Source of the DNA: a virus
Lineage: Duplodnaviria; Heunggongvirae; Uroviricota; Caudoviricetes
Direction: 5' to 3' (one strand)
IMG/VR virus record: IMGVR_UViG_3300041405_000130
DNA length: 64,000 bases
A program made the position numbers and the translations under genes. The notes beneath the pieces are model-generated. The model saw nothing but the letters and a program-made list of their open reading frames with translations, searched no databases and was not told where the DNA came from. Below are positions 1 through 8,322 of this stretch, in pieces (positions within the stretch are counted from its first letter, which is position 1; the number at the start of each line of letters is the position of its first letter).

Positions 1-648
1 GCCACCGCCACGGTTGAAGTTACCGCCACCGCCGCCATTACCGCCACCGAAGTTGGCTGGGTTAGCAACGTTCTTCGCGTTTGGATCGAACTGAGAAACC
101 ATCAGGTTGTAGACGATTGCTTCAGCTGGAACCAGGAAACCCATGGCATAGGCTTCGGACATTTCTTTCGGAGTGATCTCAGAACCATCACCATTCTGGA
201 TGGCATGATACTTGGACGGACCGAAATAGAACGGAATACGTGGACGACTGGCTTTGGTGCTCAGGACAGCCATGTAAACACGACCATCAGAACCACGACC
301 GATCTCCCACTTGGACAGTGCGATGACTTTGTCCATTTTCTTACCTGCCAAGAAATCGTCTTGGTAGATGAATACACGTTTCTGAGCAATGTCAGGAACG
401 TTGTTAACCAGTTGCTTCGCGTAATGCATTGCAGCAGCGAATGTTGCGAGGTCCATACGGAAATCAATCTTACCGTGGTTCTCGTCGCCTTCAACACCGG
501 TCTTAACTACGATAGTCGGCACGTTGCCTCGTACGTTAAAACGAATCGATGGACGCTTGGTCGAGCCTTGCACTGGAGCTGCGTACAGCCAGGTAGACAT
601 AACCGAGAATGCGTTCAGAATTGGTGCTGGAATGTTGCCTTGAGACAT
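1..648 (-). CDS. chmC: ChmC-like phage-nucleus-associated nucleic-acid-binding protein (3' end runs off the window)
   Basis: Open minus frame from ATG 648 (SD GGAG at 656-659): MSQGNIPAPILNAFSVMSTWLYAAPVQGSTKRPSIRFNVRGNVP...PANFGGGNGGGGGNFNRGGG. Not in the ORF track because it is truncated. The Gly/Asn-rich tail and the position just downstream of the SbcD-like gene match the recalled phiKZ gp67/PhiPA3 gp61 slot. Confidence 0.6.
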   Translation of the reverse strand, partial: MSQGNIPAPILNAFSVMSTWLYAAPVQGSTKRPSIRFNVRGNVPTIVVKTGVEGDENHGKIDFRMDLATFAAAMHYAKQLVNNVPDIAQKRVFIYQDDFLAGKKMDKVIALSKWEIGRGSDGRVYMAVLSTKASRPRIPFYFGPSKYHAIQNGDGSEITPKEMSEAYAMGFLVPAEAIVYNLMVSQFDPNAKNVANPANFGGGNGGGGGNFNRGGG

Positions 649-730
649 GTTGATACTCCGATCGGATTTTTCTTTTTTAGTGTCCGCATGCGCATGCGGC
701 TTTAGTCACGTAACATAAAGCTACCCAGTA

Positions 731-1564
731 TTATTTCCTGAGTAGCTTATACAGGTCTTTCAATTCTTTCGAAGCCGTCATGATATCATGATAGAACTTG
801 TCTGGAGTTGTGATACCTGTCCACTTCTTATCCTTGGAGAGCTGCTTCAGTTCTTCCCGGAGTTTCCGTGGCTGTTGTGGTTCGATGAGTTGCCCATCCC
901 CAAACACTTGGAGTGTGAACTCTGTGAATGGCATTGGGTATGCGTTTTCGTCTATGCCGTTAAGCTTCGTATACCAAGTGTTGTATGTTTTCAACTTCCC
1001 GGTATGCGACTCCAATAAGAGCAGCCGACTGAACTGAGGTTTCCACAACAGTTCATGTGGGTAATGCGTAAGCATCGCTACAATGCCTTCACCAGACTTT
1101 GGCTTCTGGTCGATCTCCATTACATCCATGTTTGCCGCTTTCATTTGTTGGTAAAGCTCAATCGCAACAAAGCGTTCAAACATTTCGTAAGCGAGTTGCT
1201 TAGGAGTCTTGGCTACCTTGAATGTCGCCTTAGGAAACATCCACTTGACTGCTTCCTTAGAAGCAAGGTAATAGCGAATCTTACCGGTGAAACCTTGTTG
1301 TGCCAAAGCTACTGGCAAAACCTGCGTCTCTGTTAACAGGACTGCTACGGAGTTGGTATAATCCATCTCCAAGGCTTTGTCAGTAGGTACAGCTTGGAAC
1401 AAGTTACGGGCCAGCGTTCGGAGGTTAATCCAAACTGTTTGAATTGTCTTGACGTTGGTCGGTTGTTTTGGTTGATTCGGGTGAATCCCAAGTAAACCTT
1501 CGAATGCAAGAGACGTGCCGATACTGACCGGTATCTGTCCTACGTCGCGTTCGATGATGTCCAT
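731..1564 (-). CDS. conserved phiKZ-like hypothetical protein (nucleus/nvRNAP locus)
   Basis: 277-aa ORF in a collinear minus-strand operon. Confidence 0.8.
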   Translation of the reverse strand: MDIIERDVGQIPVSIGTSLAFEGLLGIHPNQPKQPTNVKTIQTVWINLRTLARNLFQAVPTDKALEMDYTNSVAVLLTETQVLPVALAQQGFTGKIRYYLASKEAVKWMFPKATFKVAKTPKQLAYEMFERFVAIELYQQMKAANMDVMEIDQKPKSGEGIVAMLTHYPHELLWKPQFSRLLLLESHTGKLKTYNTWYTKLNGIDENAYPMPFTEFTLQVFGDGQLIEPQQPRKLREELKQLSKDKKWTGITTPDKFYHDIMTASKELKDLYKLLRK

Positions 1565-1572
1565 TTAATGCC

Positions 1573-2712
1573 TCAGGCCAGACCGTCTAACCGCTGGAGG
1601 CAACGCATGATAGCTGCCTCATCAGGGGCATGCTTAGCCAACGCCGGTACCAGTAGTTCTCTGATTGAATCACGGGTGATCGCTTTGAACTGAGACATGT
1701 CAAATGCCTGAAATGTTTCAGCGACCGTATTCTTTTTAGATTCGACTTTATCGACCGTTACAGTCCAGTCTAACTGTGGATACTCTTTCTTGTAGACATC
1801 GATGTCTCCATTCGCAACATCGTTCGGATTACAGCGCAGACGCACTGCAGAACCTTTCGGGAGATCCCGAATGAATTCCTTAATCGCGTAGTTTAGTTGC
1901 TTAGTATCCATGCCATGACATTCAAGGGTAACGTATTTCTTAGCCCCCCTGTTTTCAATGAACGTGCGTTCCCACTTACCGTCTTGTTTGACAGTAACTT
2001 TGAACATACCCTTGGCACCTTCGTCATTATGACAAATACGGTCAAAGCTACCTGCAGCCAAAATCCTTTCATTCACGGTCATCAAGTGAACGTGTCCAAT
2101 TAGAATCTGGTGCTTAACGAGTTTGAGATACTCTTCCTCATTGTGGGTTGGCTCTGGAACAATAGCTGGGAGCTGGTAAGAGAAAGCACCGTGCATGATA
2201 GCAAAGTCAACTTGCGTAATACCCAGTTCAGCCATTTGTTGCTTTACTTCTGCCAACGTAACGTCAGTAGAAGGGTTGTGTTTGTCTGGCACATATAAGA
2301 AGTATGCATCTAGCTTCTCGATGTACTCAATCGAAAGGTTCTTGGTATAATGAAGATCAACCTTAATATCAGCATTGATTTTCTGTTCAGTGAAAAATCG
2401 AGATTGCTCTCGGTCGTGGCTCGGTGTACCTTCAACGATTCGCATCATCACGTTAAACGCTGCACAGCGCAGCATAAGCAATGTCATCCATCGGTTGATC
2501 TGGTGCACCACTTCATCACCATTGTTCAATTGCCGATCAAACAGGTCACCTGTAATGATCAACATGTCTACTTCCTTCAACAGCTCATCCGTGATCGTAA
2601 GTTCTAAGTTACGAATGATGTGGCTCGCAGGAGTAGAGCGATGCCCGAGGTGGACATCGCCTAAACTCAAGTAACGAAAGACGCCTGGCTTTTTGGTTAG
2701 ATCAGTCTTCAT
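1573..2712 (-). CDS. sbcD: Mre11/SbcD-like metallophosphoesterase nuclease
   Basis: Motifs GDVHLGH, GDLFD, GTPSHD, MHGAF, GHVH, GSF. Confidence 0.9.
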   Translation of the reverse strand: MKTDLTKKPGVFRYLSLGDVHLGHRSTPASHIIRNLELTITDELLKEVDMLIITGDLFDRQLNNGDEVVHQINRWMTLLMLRCAAFNVMMRIVEGTPSHDREQSRFFTEQKINADIKVDLHYTKNLSIEYIEKLDAYFLYVPDKHNPSTDVTLAEVKQQMAELGITQVDFAIMHGAFSYQLPAIVPEPTHNEEEYLKLVKHQILIGHVHLMTVNERILAAGSFDRICHNDEGAKGMFKVTVKQDGKWERTFIENRGAKKYVTLECHGMDTKQLNYAIKEFIRDLPKGSAVRLRCNPNDVANGDIDVYKKEYPQLDWTVTVDKVESKKNTVAETFQAFDMSQFKAITRDSIRELLVPALAKHAPDEAAIMRCLQRLDGLA

Positions 2713-3346
2713 CTTCTTCGTCAGTAAAACAGCTGGATGGCGGAGACAAGGTCGTACTCACCTCCGCTCGTTTATCTGCTGACAGAGGAAGTGAATCTTT
2801 ACCCAGTGGGTTATTTGCATCGGCGGTCACGTCGAGTTCTTTGCCGTACACCTGTAAGATACGGTGAATAGGTAAAAGAATATCGTCGACCATATCGGGT
2901 AAGATGGTAATACGCTGCAGGAAACCCCGCATGGTATCATCAATCAAATCGACACGATGCAAATCACGATAGCGGTTCATGTTGTGGATGACATCACCCA
3001 CTGATAAACCACCATCCGCTTGAGGGACTGTAGTACGGGGCGTTCGGATGATCGGAGGAACTACATGCAGTACCTTGGATCGATCATGGTCATCCACTAC
3101 ACGGAGTGGCATCATCAAATCAACCACGTAGCGTTGATACGCTTTGCGGTTAGCCGGAACCAGGATTCGTTCAAGCAATGGAACAACTTGCTTTACAAAT
3201 GCCGATTCGTTAATGGTCGGTGTATTTTCTTCGACAGCAGCCAGGATAGCAGAAGCGTACTTCTTAGGACGTTCCCCCATTTCCCGAGCGAGGCGTTCTT
3301 CACGCGCTGACTTGGTCTTCACCGGAGTTGGTTGGGGGTACTCCAT
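2702..3346 (-). CDS. hypothetical protein
   Basis: 214-aa ORF overlapping its neighbours in the operon. Confidence 0.75.
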   Translation of the reverse strand: MEYPQPTPVKTKSAREERLAREMGERPKKYASAILAAVEENTPTINESAFVKQVVPLLERILVPANRKAYQRYVVDLMMPLRVVDDHDRSKVLHVVPPIIRTPRTTVPQADGGLSVGDVIHNMNRYRDLHRVDLIDDTMRGFLQRITILPDMVDDILLPIHRILQVYGKELDVTADANNPLGKDSLPLSADKRAEVSTTLSPPSSCFTDEEDED

Positions 3347-3806
3347 TTTCCTGTCCTTTCTTATTCAGGAAAAGAGTGAACCAAGCGGTCTCACCGTCTT
3401 CCAGATATTGTTTACGAGAGAATACTTGTACCAAGATATCGGTACCTTGGTTGATCAGGGTGTCTGGATCTTCTGCATTAGCAAAAGTGTAGTCGTCACC
3501 TTTACGGGTAACAATAACAGTGCCAGGTGTACCTGGTTCTACACGCTGTACACCGTATTCTTCAGCGGTTGGTACAGTCGAGATAGCCATCATCTGGTCA
3601 GACACACCATGGAACACTTCAGACAACACATGCATCAGGTTACGCGTACGGTTAGCTTCGGAAGTCCGCACCAACTGTACGAGTTGTTCCATTGCTTGAG
3701 CGTTGTTCTTGAGTTCTGCTTCCAGAATAGCTACACGTTTTTCCAGATTACGGATACGGATTGCTTCGTCTACCGCTGGGGCATCTGGTTGTACTGCTTC
3801 GGTCAT
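3300..3806 (-). CDS. hypothetical protein with N-terminal coiled coil
   Basis: 168-aa ORF; heptad-like IRNLEKRVAILEAELKNN. Confidence 0.75.
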   Translation of the reverse strand: MTEAVQPDAPAVDEAIRIRNLEKRVAILEAELKNNAQAMEQLVQLVRTSEANRTRNLMHVLSEVFHGVSDQMMAISTVPTAEEYGVQRVEPGTPGTVIVTRKGDDYTFANAEDPDTLINQGTDILVQVFSRKQYLEDGETAWFTLFLNKKGQENGVPPTNSGEDQVSA

Positions 3807-3807
3807 C

Positions 3808-4215
3808 TTAAACTCCGTTGTTCAGCTTGGCAATTTTGAGTACACGTGAGTCTTGGAATTGAACCATCCAACCCACGGTAAAAGTTTTGTCTTCAGTCAC
3901 CACATAGCCTGTGAAGTTGATCGTGTACTGTGAAGGTTTATCAGGGTCTTCCTGGACCGTCACGTTTGCGTGCGACTGTTCGTTGAACGATGCTTTCAAT
4001 TTTGCATCGAGCTCATCTTGCAATCGCGTCTCCAGATCGAGCATCCGGTTAGCATAGATCTTTAACAGGTATTGTAGTGAGATGTTTTGGTCACGGTGAG
4101 CGACAGTCATCGAGTAGTTCGATTCCATAAAACAAGCGATGATGTAATCCGCTTTATCTTCAGGGTGATCGATCCAACCTTTAATGCCCATCGTCGGGAT
4201 ATATTTTTCAGCCAT
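3808..4215 (-). CDS. conserved phiKZ-like hypothetical protein
   Basis: 135-aa ORF, SD AGGTAAG, abuts the next gene. Confidence 0.75.
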   Translation of the reverse strand: MAEKYIPTMGIKGWIDHPEDKADYIIACFMESNYSMTVAHRDQNISLQYLLKIYANRMLDLETRLQDELDAKLKASFNEQSHANVTVQEDPDKPSQYTINFTGYVVTEDKTFTVGWMVQFQDSRVLKIAKLNNGV

Positions 4216-4273
4216 GGACTTACCTATTCTCTTATTGAGTCATAGAGTAAGCCGAAAGAAAAAAGAAACGCTC

Positions 4274-4289
4274 GGGGACCGAAGTCCCC
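4274..4289 (-). terminator. intrinsic terminator
   Basis: GGGGAC-TTCG-GTCCCC followed by a T-rich tract on the minus strand. Confidence 0.7.
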
Positions 4290-4295
4290 AAGGTT

Positions 4296-4799
4296 TTACT
4301 TCAGTCGCAGAGCCTTTTCAACTGGCAGCTCGGCAATAACTTTGATCCAGTCTTTGATCGGAGAGTCCATACGCACCGATACGCTCGACGTGCGTGGGAC
4401 TGTTTCGCCTTCTGCAGCATCGACGTCGTCGTTGATGATACTAACCAGACGATCGCCTTCGAATTCGAGGGTGAAGTTGTGGCGGCCAGACTTGTGCTTC
4501 ATGCCGGCGGCCAGCGGATTGATCAGGGTAAAGAAAATTCCGGGTGCTACGAAACGGATAGGGAAAGCACGGCCTTCGAAACTCAGATCGTAGTGACCGG
4601 TTTCAGCGTTGTAGGTCAGACCAAAGGTCTCTTCCGGTTTGAAGACACGGATACCACGTTTGCCTTTCGATTCGGTAGGGTTCAGAGTTGGTTCGGTCAT
4701 GCGATGTGCCTTTTGATTTTCGAATTGGATTGAAAGTGAGCCAGGGTTTTTATGCATCACGTATGTTTCACGACCATGATCGTCAATCTCGATGATCAT
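4296..4799 (-). CDS. hypothetical protein
   Basis: 167-aa ORF, ATGA overlap with the upstream gene. Confidence 0.7.
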   Translation of the reverse strand: MIIEIDDHGRETYVMHKNPGSLSIQFENQKAHRMTEPTLNPTESKGKRGIRVFKPEETFGLTYNAETGHYDLSFEGRAFPIRFVAPGIFFTLINPLAAGMKHKSGRHNFTLEFEGDRLVSIINDDVDAAEGETVPRTSSVSVRMDSPIKDWIKVIAELPVEKALRLK

Positions 4800-5200
4800 T
4801 GGTAAAGCGATACGATAGGCACAGTTTGATAGGCAAGGATCATTTTAGCAAGTGGGTCGTTGTGAGGCACTTGCAGTGTATTGAAGAGAGCGCCATCTGA
4901 TGACTTGATCGATAAGATCGCGTACAGTTCGGTATCACTCTTCTTACATTCGATAATGAAGTCACGTATTTTAATAGTGACTACTTCGCCGATCTTACAG
5001 ATTGGTTCAGGAATACCACCACGGAAAGAAAGAACGATCATTCCTCTTTCGCCATGAACCCACTGACCTGCAGATTCCAGATAACGCAACTGTACCAGTT
5101 TTTCAACTTTCTTAGGTACTTCGTAGCGATTAGGGTGGATGCTTCCGTAACCGTCGTCTACACCAATTTGCAGTACATGACGGTTAACGTTAAACATCAT
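4796..5200 (-). CDS. hypothetical protein
   Basis: 134-aa ORF. Confidence 0.7.
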   Translation of the reverse strand: MMFNVNRHVLQIGVDDGYGSIHPNRYEVPKKVEKLVQLRYLESAGQWVHGERGMIVLSFRGGIPEPICKIGEVVTIKIRDFIIECKKSDTELYAILSIKSSDGALFNTLQVPHNDPLAKMILAYQTVPIVSLYQ

Positions 5201-5480
5201 TTACCTCGATCGCAAGCCCGAGTACAGAATCCTTAGGCACAATGTACTCGTTAGATACAATGCCTTTATCGTTGATGATTTCATCGATTGAAAAAGTCCC
5301 GTTAGTATTACGAGTGCCAATGACAGTAACGCCATCAACTTCCCACGAACTGGTACGCCTGGCTACCTTAGTAGCTTCGGGTAGTTTTTCAGGATTAAGC
5401 CACGCCTGAACAACTTTACCCTCAACCATAGTGCAAAAGCATTCTTGGTTGTGGTTATATTGCAATTTGTGATCTGTCAT
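5190..5480 (-). CDS. hypothetical protein
   Basis: 96-aa ORF with SD GAGG. Confidence 0.7.
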   Translation of the reverse strand: MTDHKLQYNHNQECFCTMVEGKVVQAWLNPEKLPEATKVARRTSSWEVDGVTVIGTRNTNGTFSIDEIINDKGIVSNEYIVPKDSVLGLAIEVNDV

Positions 5481-5496
5481 TCGTTTGCCTCAAAAA

Positions 5497-5516
5497 GCCT
5501 TCCCCGAAGGGAAGGC
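5497..5516 (-). terminator. intrinsic terminator
   Basis: GCCTTCCC-TTCG-GGGAAGGC-TTTTT on the minus strand. Confidence 0.8.
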
Positions 5517-5526
5517 ATTTATGTTG

Positions 5527-6135
5527 TTAACCCAGCATCAGCCCTTCAGGCGAAGTTGGATCTTGTTCGCCAGCGCTCAGTTCTGCTTGTAGCACGTTCC
5601 AAGTTCGGAGGATATCTACTTTCTCGAACACAGTCAGTTCCGCATCGTCGCGTGTATCTTCGACATATTGAGTGAACTGTACCGAGTCGTCATTGATAGT
5701 AGCGATACCATCCATAACACGACGCCAATCATAATGCTGCACACCCACGCCGTCACCATGCAAGTTCTCATAGCTTTCACCGTAACCGGATACTTCGCCA
5801 TTGAGATACATCTTGCGTACATCTGGTTGAGCCATCAGGTACCGCTGCATTACCAACGGAGCACACTGAATCTGCTCCAGGCTATTCAGATAGCTGATCG
5901 TGTTAGACTGCCATGCGTTTTCAGCTTTTACAGTCAAGTTACGTAGAGCTTGTACAGCATCGCTCGACGAAATCATCGTGTACAAAGAAGCTGCTTGGTT
6001 AAAGAAGCTTTGAGCCGTTGTTGAGATTGTTGCACGTAGTGCATCTGATCGGTCACCCAGCCAAGACTGAGTGTTCATATCCAAATGTCCACCTGCACAG
6101 ATGTCCAATAGGTCGACACCGTGTGCTTGCATCAT
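5527..6135 (-). CDS. conserved phiKZ-like hypothetical protein
   Basis: 202-aa ORF with its own promoter-like motif at 6170-6186. Confidence 0.8.
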   Translation of the reverse strand: MMQAHGVDLLDICAGGHLDMNTQSWLGDRSDALRATISTTAQSFFNQAASLYTMISSSDAVQALRNLTVKAENAWQSNTISYLNSLEQIQCAPLVMQRYLMAQPDVRKMYLNGEVSGYGESYENLHGDGVGVQHYDWRRVMDGIATINDDSVQFTQYVEDTRDDAELTVFEKVDILRTWNVLQAELSAGEQDPTSPEGLMLG

Positions 6136-6169
6136 AAAGAATTCCCCTTTGCTTGTCTGTTGCCCATAA

Positions 6170-6186
6170 GTGATATAGATCTGAGA
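6170..6186 (-). promoter_or_regulatory. early-type phage promoter motif TCTCAGATCTATATCAC
   Basis: One of 8 copies of a repeated motif upstream of minus-strand starts; resembles the phiKZ early TATATTAC consensus. Confidence 0.65.
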
Positions 6187-6237
6187 TCCGATAGATCACT
6201 CTAGCTGTATACAGTTAGGGAGGTGAGTCATTAAACC

Positions 6238-6684
6238 CTAGTAAATAGTAGCTGGTCTTTCGGCCAAATACTTCTGCTGGGCGGTGAGGTCGTTGTTGCC
6301 ATTCCCGTACAACTGTCGATCCCAACGTTTGTCGATGCAAATCTCATCTACTTGATCATCCAACATGCGACGCTTCACGAAAAGCTTCACATGGGGGCTA
6401 CCTAAAGAGAAGATGAATTCATCTAGAACCTTGTTATGTGGATCAAGGATACTTGCAATTCGATTCTTCCACACATGGAATGTAAAAGGTTTGAAGTTAT
6501 CCTCCAGAACCATTTCGAACTCGGTGTTTAATACGCACCAGGTATATCCGCCCACAACGGCAAAAACGGGGTACTCGACCCCGTCTTCGTTTACTACCCA
6601 CGAACCATAAGGATAGTTCTTATAGATTCGTACCGTTTCTCGTGAGACGAACATATCTGGATTGTGGTCCAGATTGCTCGGCAT
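6238..6684 (-). CDS. hypothetical protein
   Basis: 148-aa ORF directly after the RNAP subunit. Confidence 0.7.
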   Translation of the reverse strand: MPSNLDHNPDMFVSRETVRIYKNYPYGSWVVNEDGVEYPVFAVVGGYTWCVLNTEFEMVLEDNFKPFTFHVWKNRIASILDPHNKVLDEFIFSLGSPHVKLFVKRRMLDDQVDEICIDKRWDRQLYGNGNNDLTAQQKYLAERPATIY

Positions 6685-6687
6685 CTT

Positions 6688-8157
6688 TTATTCGTCCAAC
6701 AAGTGTTTCCATTCATCAGGAGGTGGAGGCAGATAATCTTCGTGAGCATAGTTCACGATGGTTTCTACTACCGGACCTTGTAGTTCCAGGTTACCCGAGA
6801 TCTCGTGTGGATCATCAATCGACAATACCCACGTGTGTGGTGCGATTCGCTCAGTCGCTTCAGTCAGATAGTTATCTGGCATCAGGGTCAGGTTGAGCTG
6901 GTCACCGTCGAAGTCGGCGTTAGGTGCTTTCAAACACAGCACAGACATACTGATCGAGTTATCGGTCAGGTCTGGTTTGATCTTCGTGATAAAGAACTGC
7001 TGAGTCGAACCACGCTGCAGCGTTGGGTTACGGTGGAATGTACAGGCTGGACCAATGTTCGGAGATTCAGCAATCAACTCTAGGAAGATTGCATTCAGTC
7101 TTTCATTGTACTGCAAGACGTTGGAATACAGGAAGCTCATTGCTTCCATTGTCGTCAAGCCTTGCCGCTTAAGCTTGTTGATGATGTGATACTTGAACAA
7201 CTGACAAGCAACACCCCAAGGAATATGGAGTTCATCATAACGGTGCGGTGCAGAGATCGAGGTGATTACTGCACGAGCGGTAAAGTTGAGACGACCACCC
7301 AATACGTGACGACGAACCAGACCAGGTTTCTGGGCGATCCGTTGTTTGTTGTAATCTTCGTGGAACTTTGCCATCAACAGCAAAGCTTTTGCCACACGGT
7401 TTTGTACAGTGATCGGTTTCAGCGGAATCGGACTATGTGTAATGCCACCCATAGTCAATGCAGCATCGATTGCCGGACCGATTGGCTTGTCGATATAAGA
7501 ACCCGATGTGGTGGATTCTACGACGAAGCACAACTTGGTTGGAATTGGGATTGCATGTGGAAACAGTGCATGTTTGTTCTGTACCAGGAACTCATAGAAC
7601 TCGTGCTTCCCAGTTCCGATGATCCCGCAGTCCATACAGAACTTGATAATCGCATCGAAGTTATCGATGAAATGATTCAAGCCACGAGGGATGTTCTGTT
7701 GCAGCAACCGCTTTACCTTGCGGTCTGTTTCACGTGAAGAGATTGTGTTCGCATCAAACTGATACGTCGTATCCATGAAGTACGCTAAGAAGTTAAACTC
7801 CTTACCCTGCATGTGACCCAACAGCATAATCAACAACTCCGGAGAGATCATCGATCGTACGCCTTCTGGTGCACGCATCCACATGGATGGTACAATTGGT
7901 TGGCTTGCTGTGGATACCACTGGGGTGCTACATACTTCACAAACTACGCCGAGGTCATAAGCCTCGTCAAGATGACCACATTCGCAACTCGCTGATACTT
8001 CAATAGCATCCACGTTATCGAAGTGAGAATACAGCGCTCGCTGGAACTCTTCTTTCGATTCGGTGTTGGATGCATTGTAATCATTCGCGTACTTAATCAG
8101 TCCGCGCTGGCTAGCCAGGAGTTCGTCATGGTCTACAATTTCAGCGTGTAGTCCCAA
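6688..8157 (-). CDS. non-virion multisubunit RNA polymerase beta-prime subunit, catalytic part (phiKZ gp55-like)
   Basis: NADFDGDQ catalytic motif, HRNPTL, GRLNFTARAVI, N-terminal Zn finger CECG...CEVC; TTG start with SD GAGG; adjacent to chimallin. Confidence 0.93.
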   Translation of the reverse strand: MGLHAEIVDHDELLASQRGLIKYANDYNASNTESKEEFQRALYSHFDNVDAIEVSASCECGHLDEAYDLGVVCEVCSTPVVSTASQPIVPSMWMRAPEGVRSMISPELLIMLLGHMQGKEFNFLAYFMDTTYQFDANTISSRETDRKVKRLLQQNIPRGLNHFIDNFDAIIKFCMDCGIIGTGKHEFYEFLVQNKHALFPHAIPIPTKLCFVVESTTSGSYIDKPIGPAIDAALTMGGITHSPIPLKPITVQNRVAKALLLMAKFHEDYNKQRIAQKPGLVRRHVLGGRLNFTARAVITSISAPHRYDELHIPWGVACQLFKYHIINKLKRQGLTTMEAMSFLYSNVLQYNERLNAIFLELIAESPNIGPACTFHRNPTLQRGSTQQFFITKIKPDLTDNSISMSVLCLKAPNADFDGDQLNLTLMPDNYLTEATERIAPHTWVLSIDDPHEISGNLELQGPVVETIVNYAHEDYLPPPPDEWKHLLDE

Positions 8158-8197
8158 TTATTACCTCGACACAATAAACAAAAAAGAAATAAGAGCA

Positions 8198-8213
8198 GCT
8201 CCCCGAAGGGAGC
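8198..8213 (-). terminator. intrinsic terminator after chimallin
   Basis: GCTCCC-TTCG-GGGAGC then a T-rich tract. Confidence 0.7.
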
Positions 8214-8322
8214 CGTCCTATCTACAAGTGGAGCATCATGGCTGATGACACCGCAATTCGTTTAGAACTACTAGTTCATCAAGGGGCAGGGCATTTACAT
8301 GCGCACCCTGCCATGATTGGTC

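Noticed and set aside
1-50. GCCACC/GCCGCC short repeats
   Set aside because: They encode the poly-Gly tail of the ChmC-like protein and are not an independent DNA repeat
205-705. 166-aa plus-strand ORF
   Set aside because: Antisense shadow of the truncated ChmC-like minus-strand gene
6238-6684. Possible intron-encoded homing endonuclease after the RNAP beta-prime gene
   Set aside because: No HNH, GIY-YIG or LAGLIDADG motif, and the RNAP ORF looks complete
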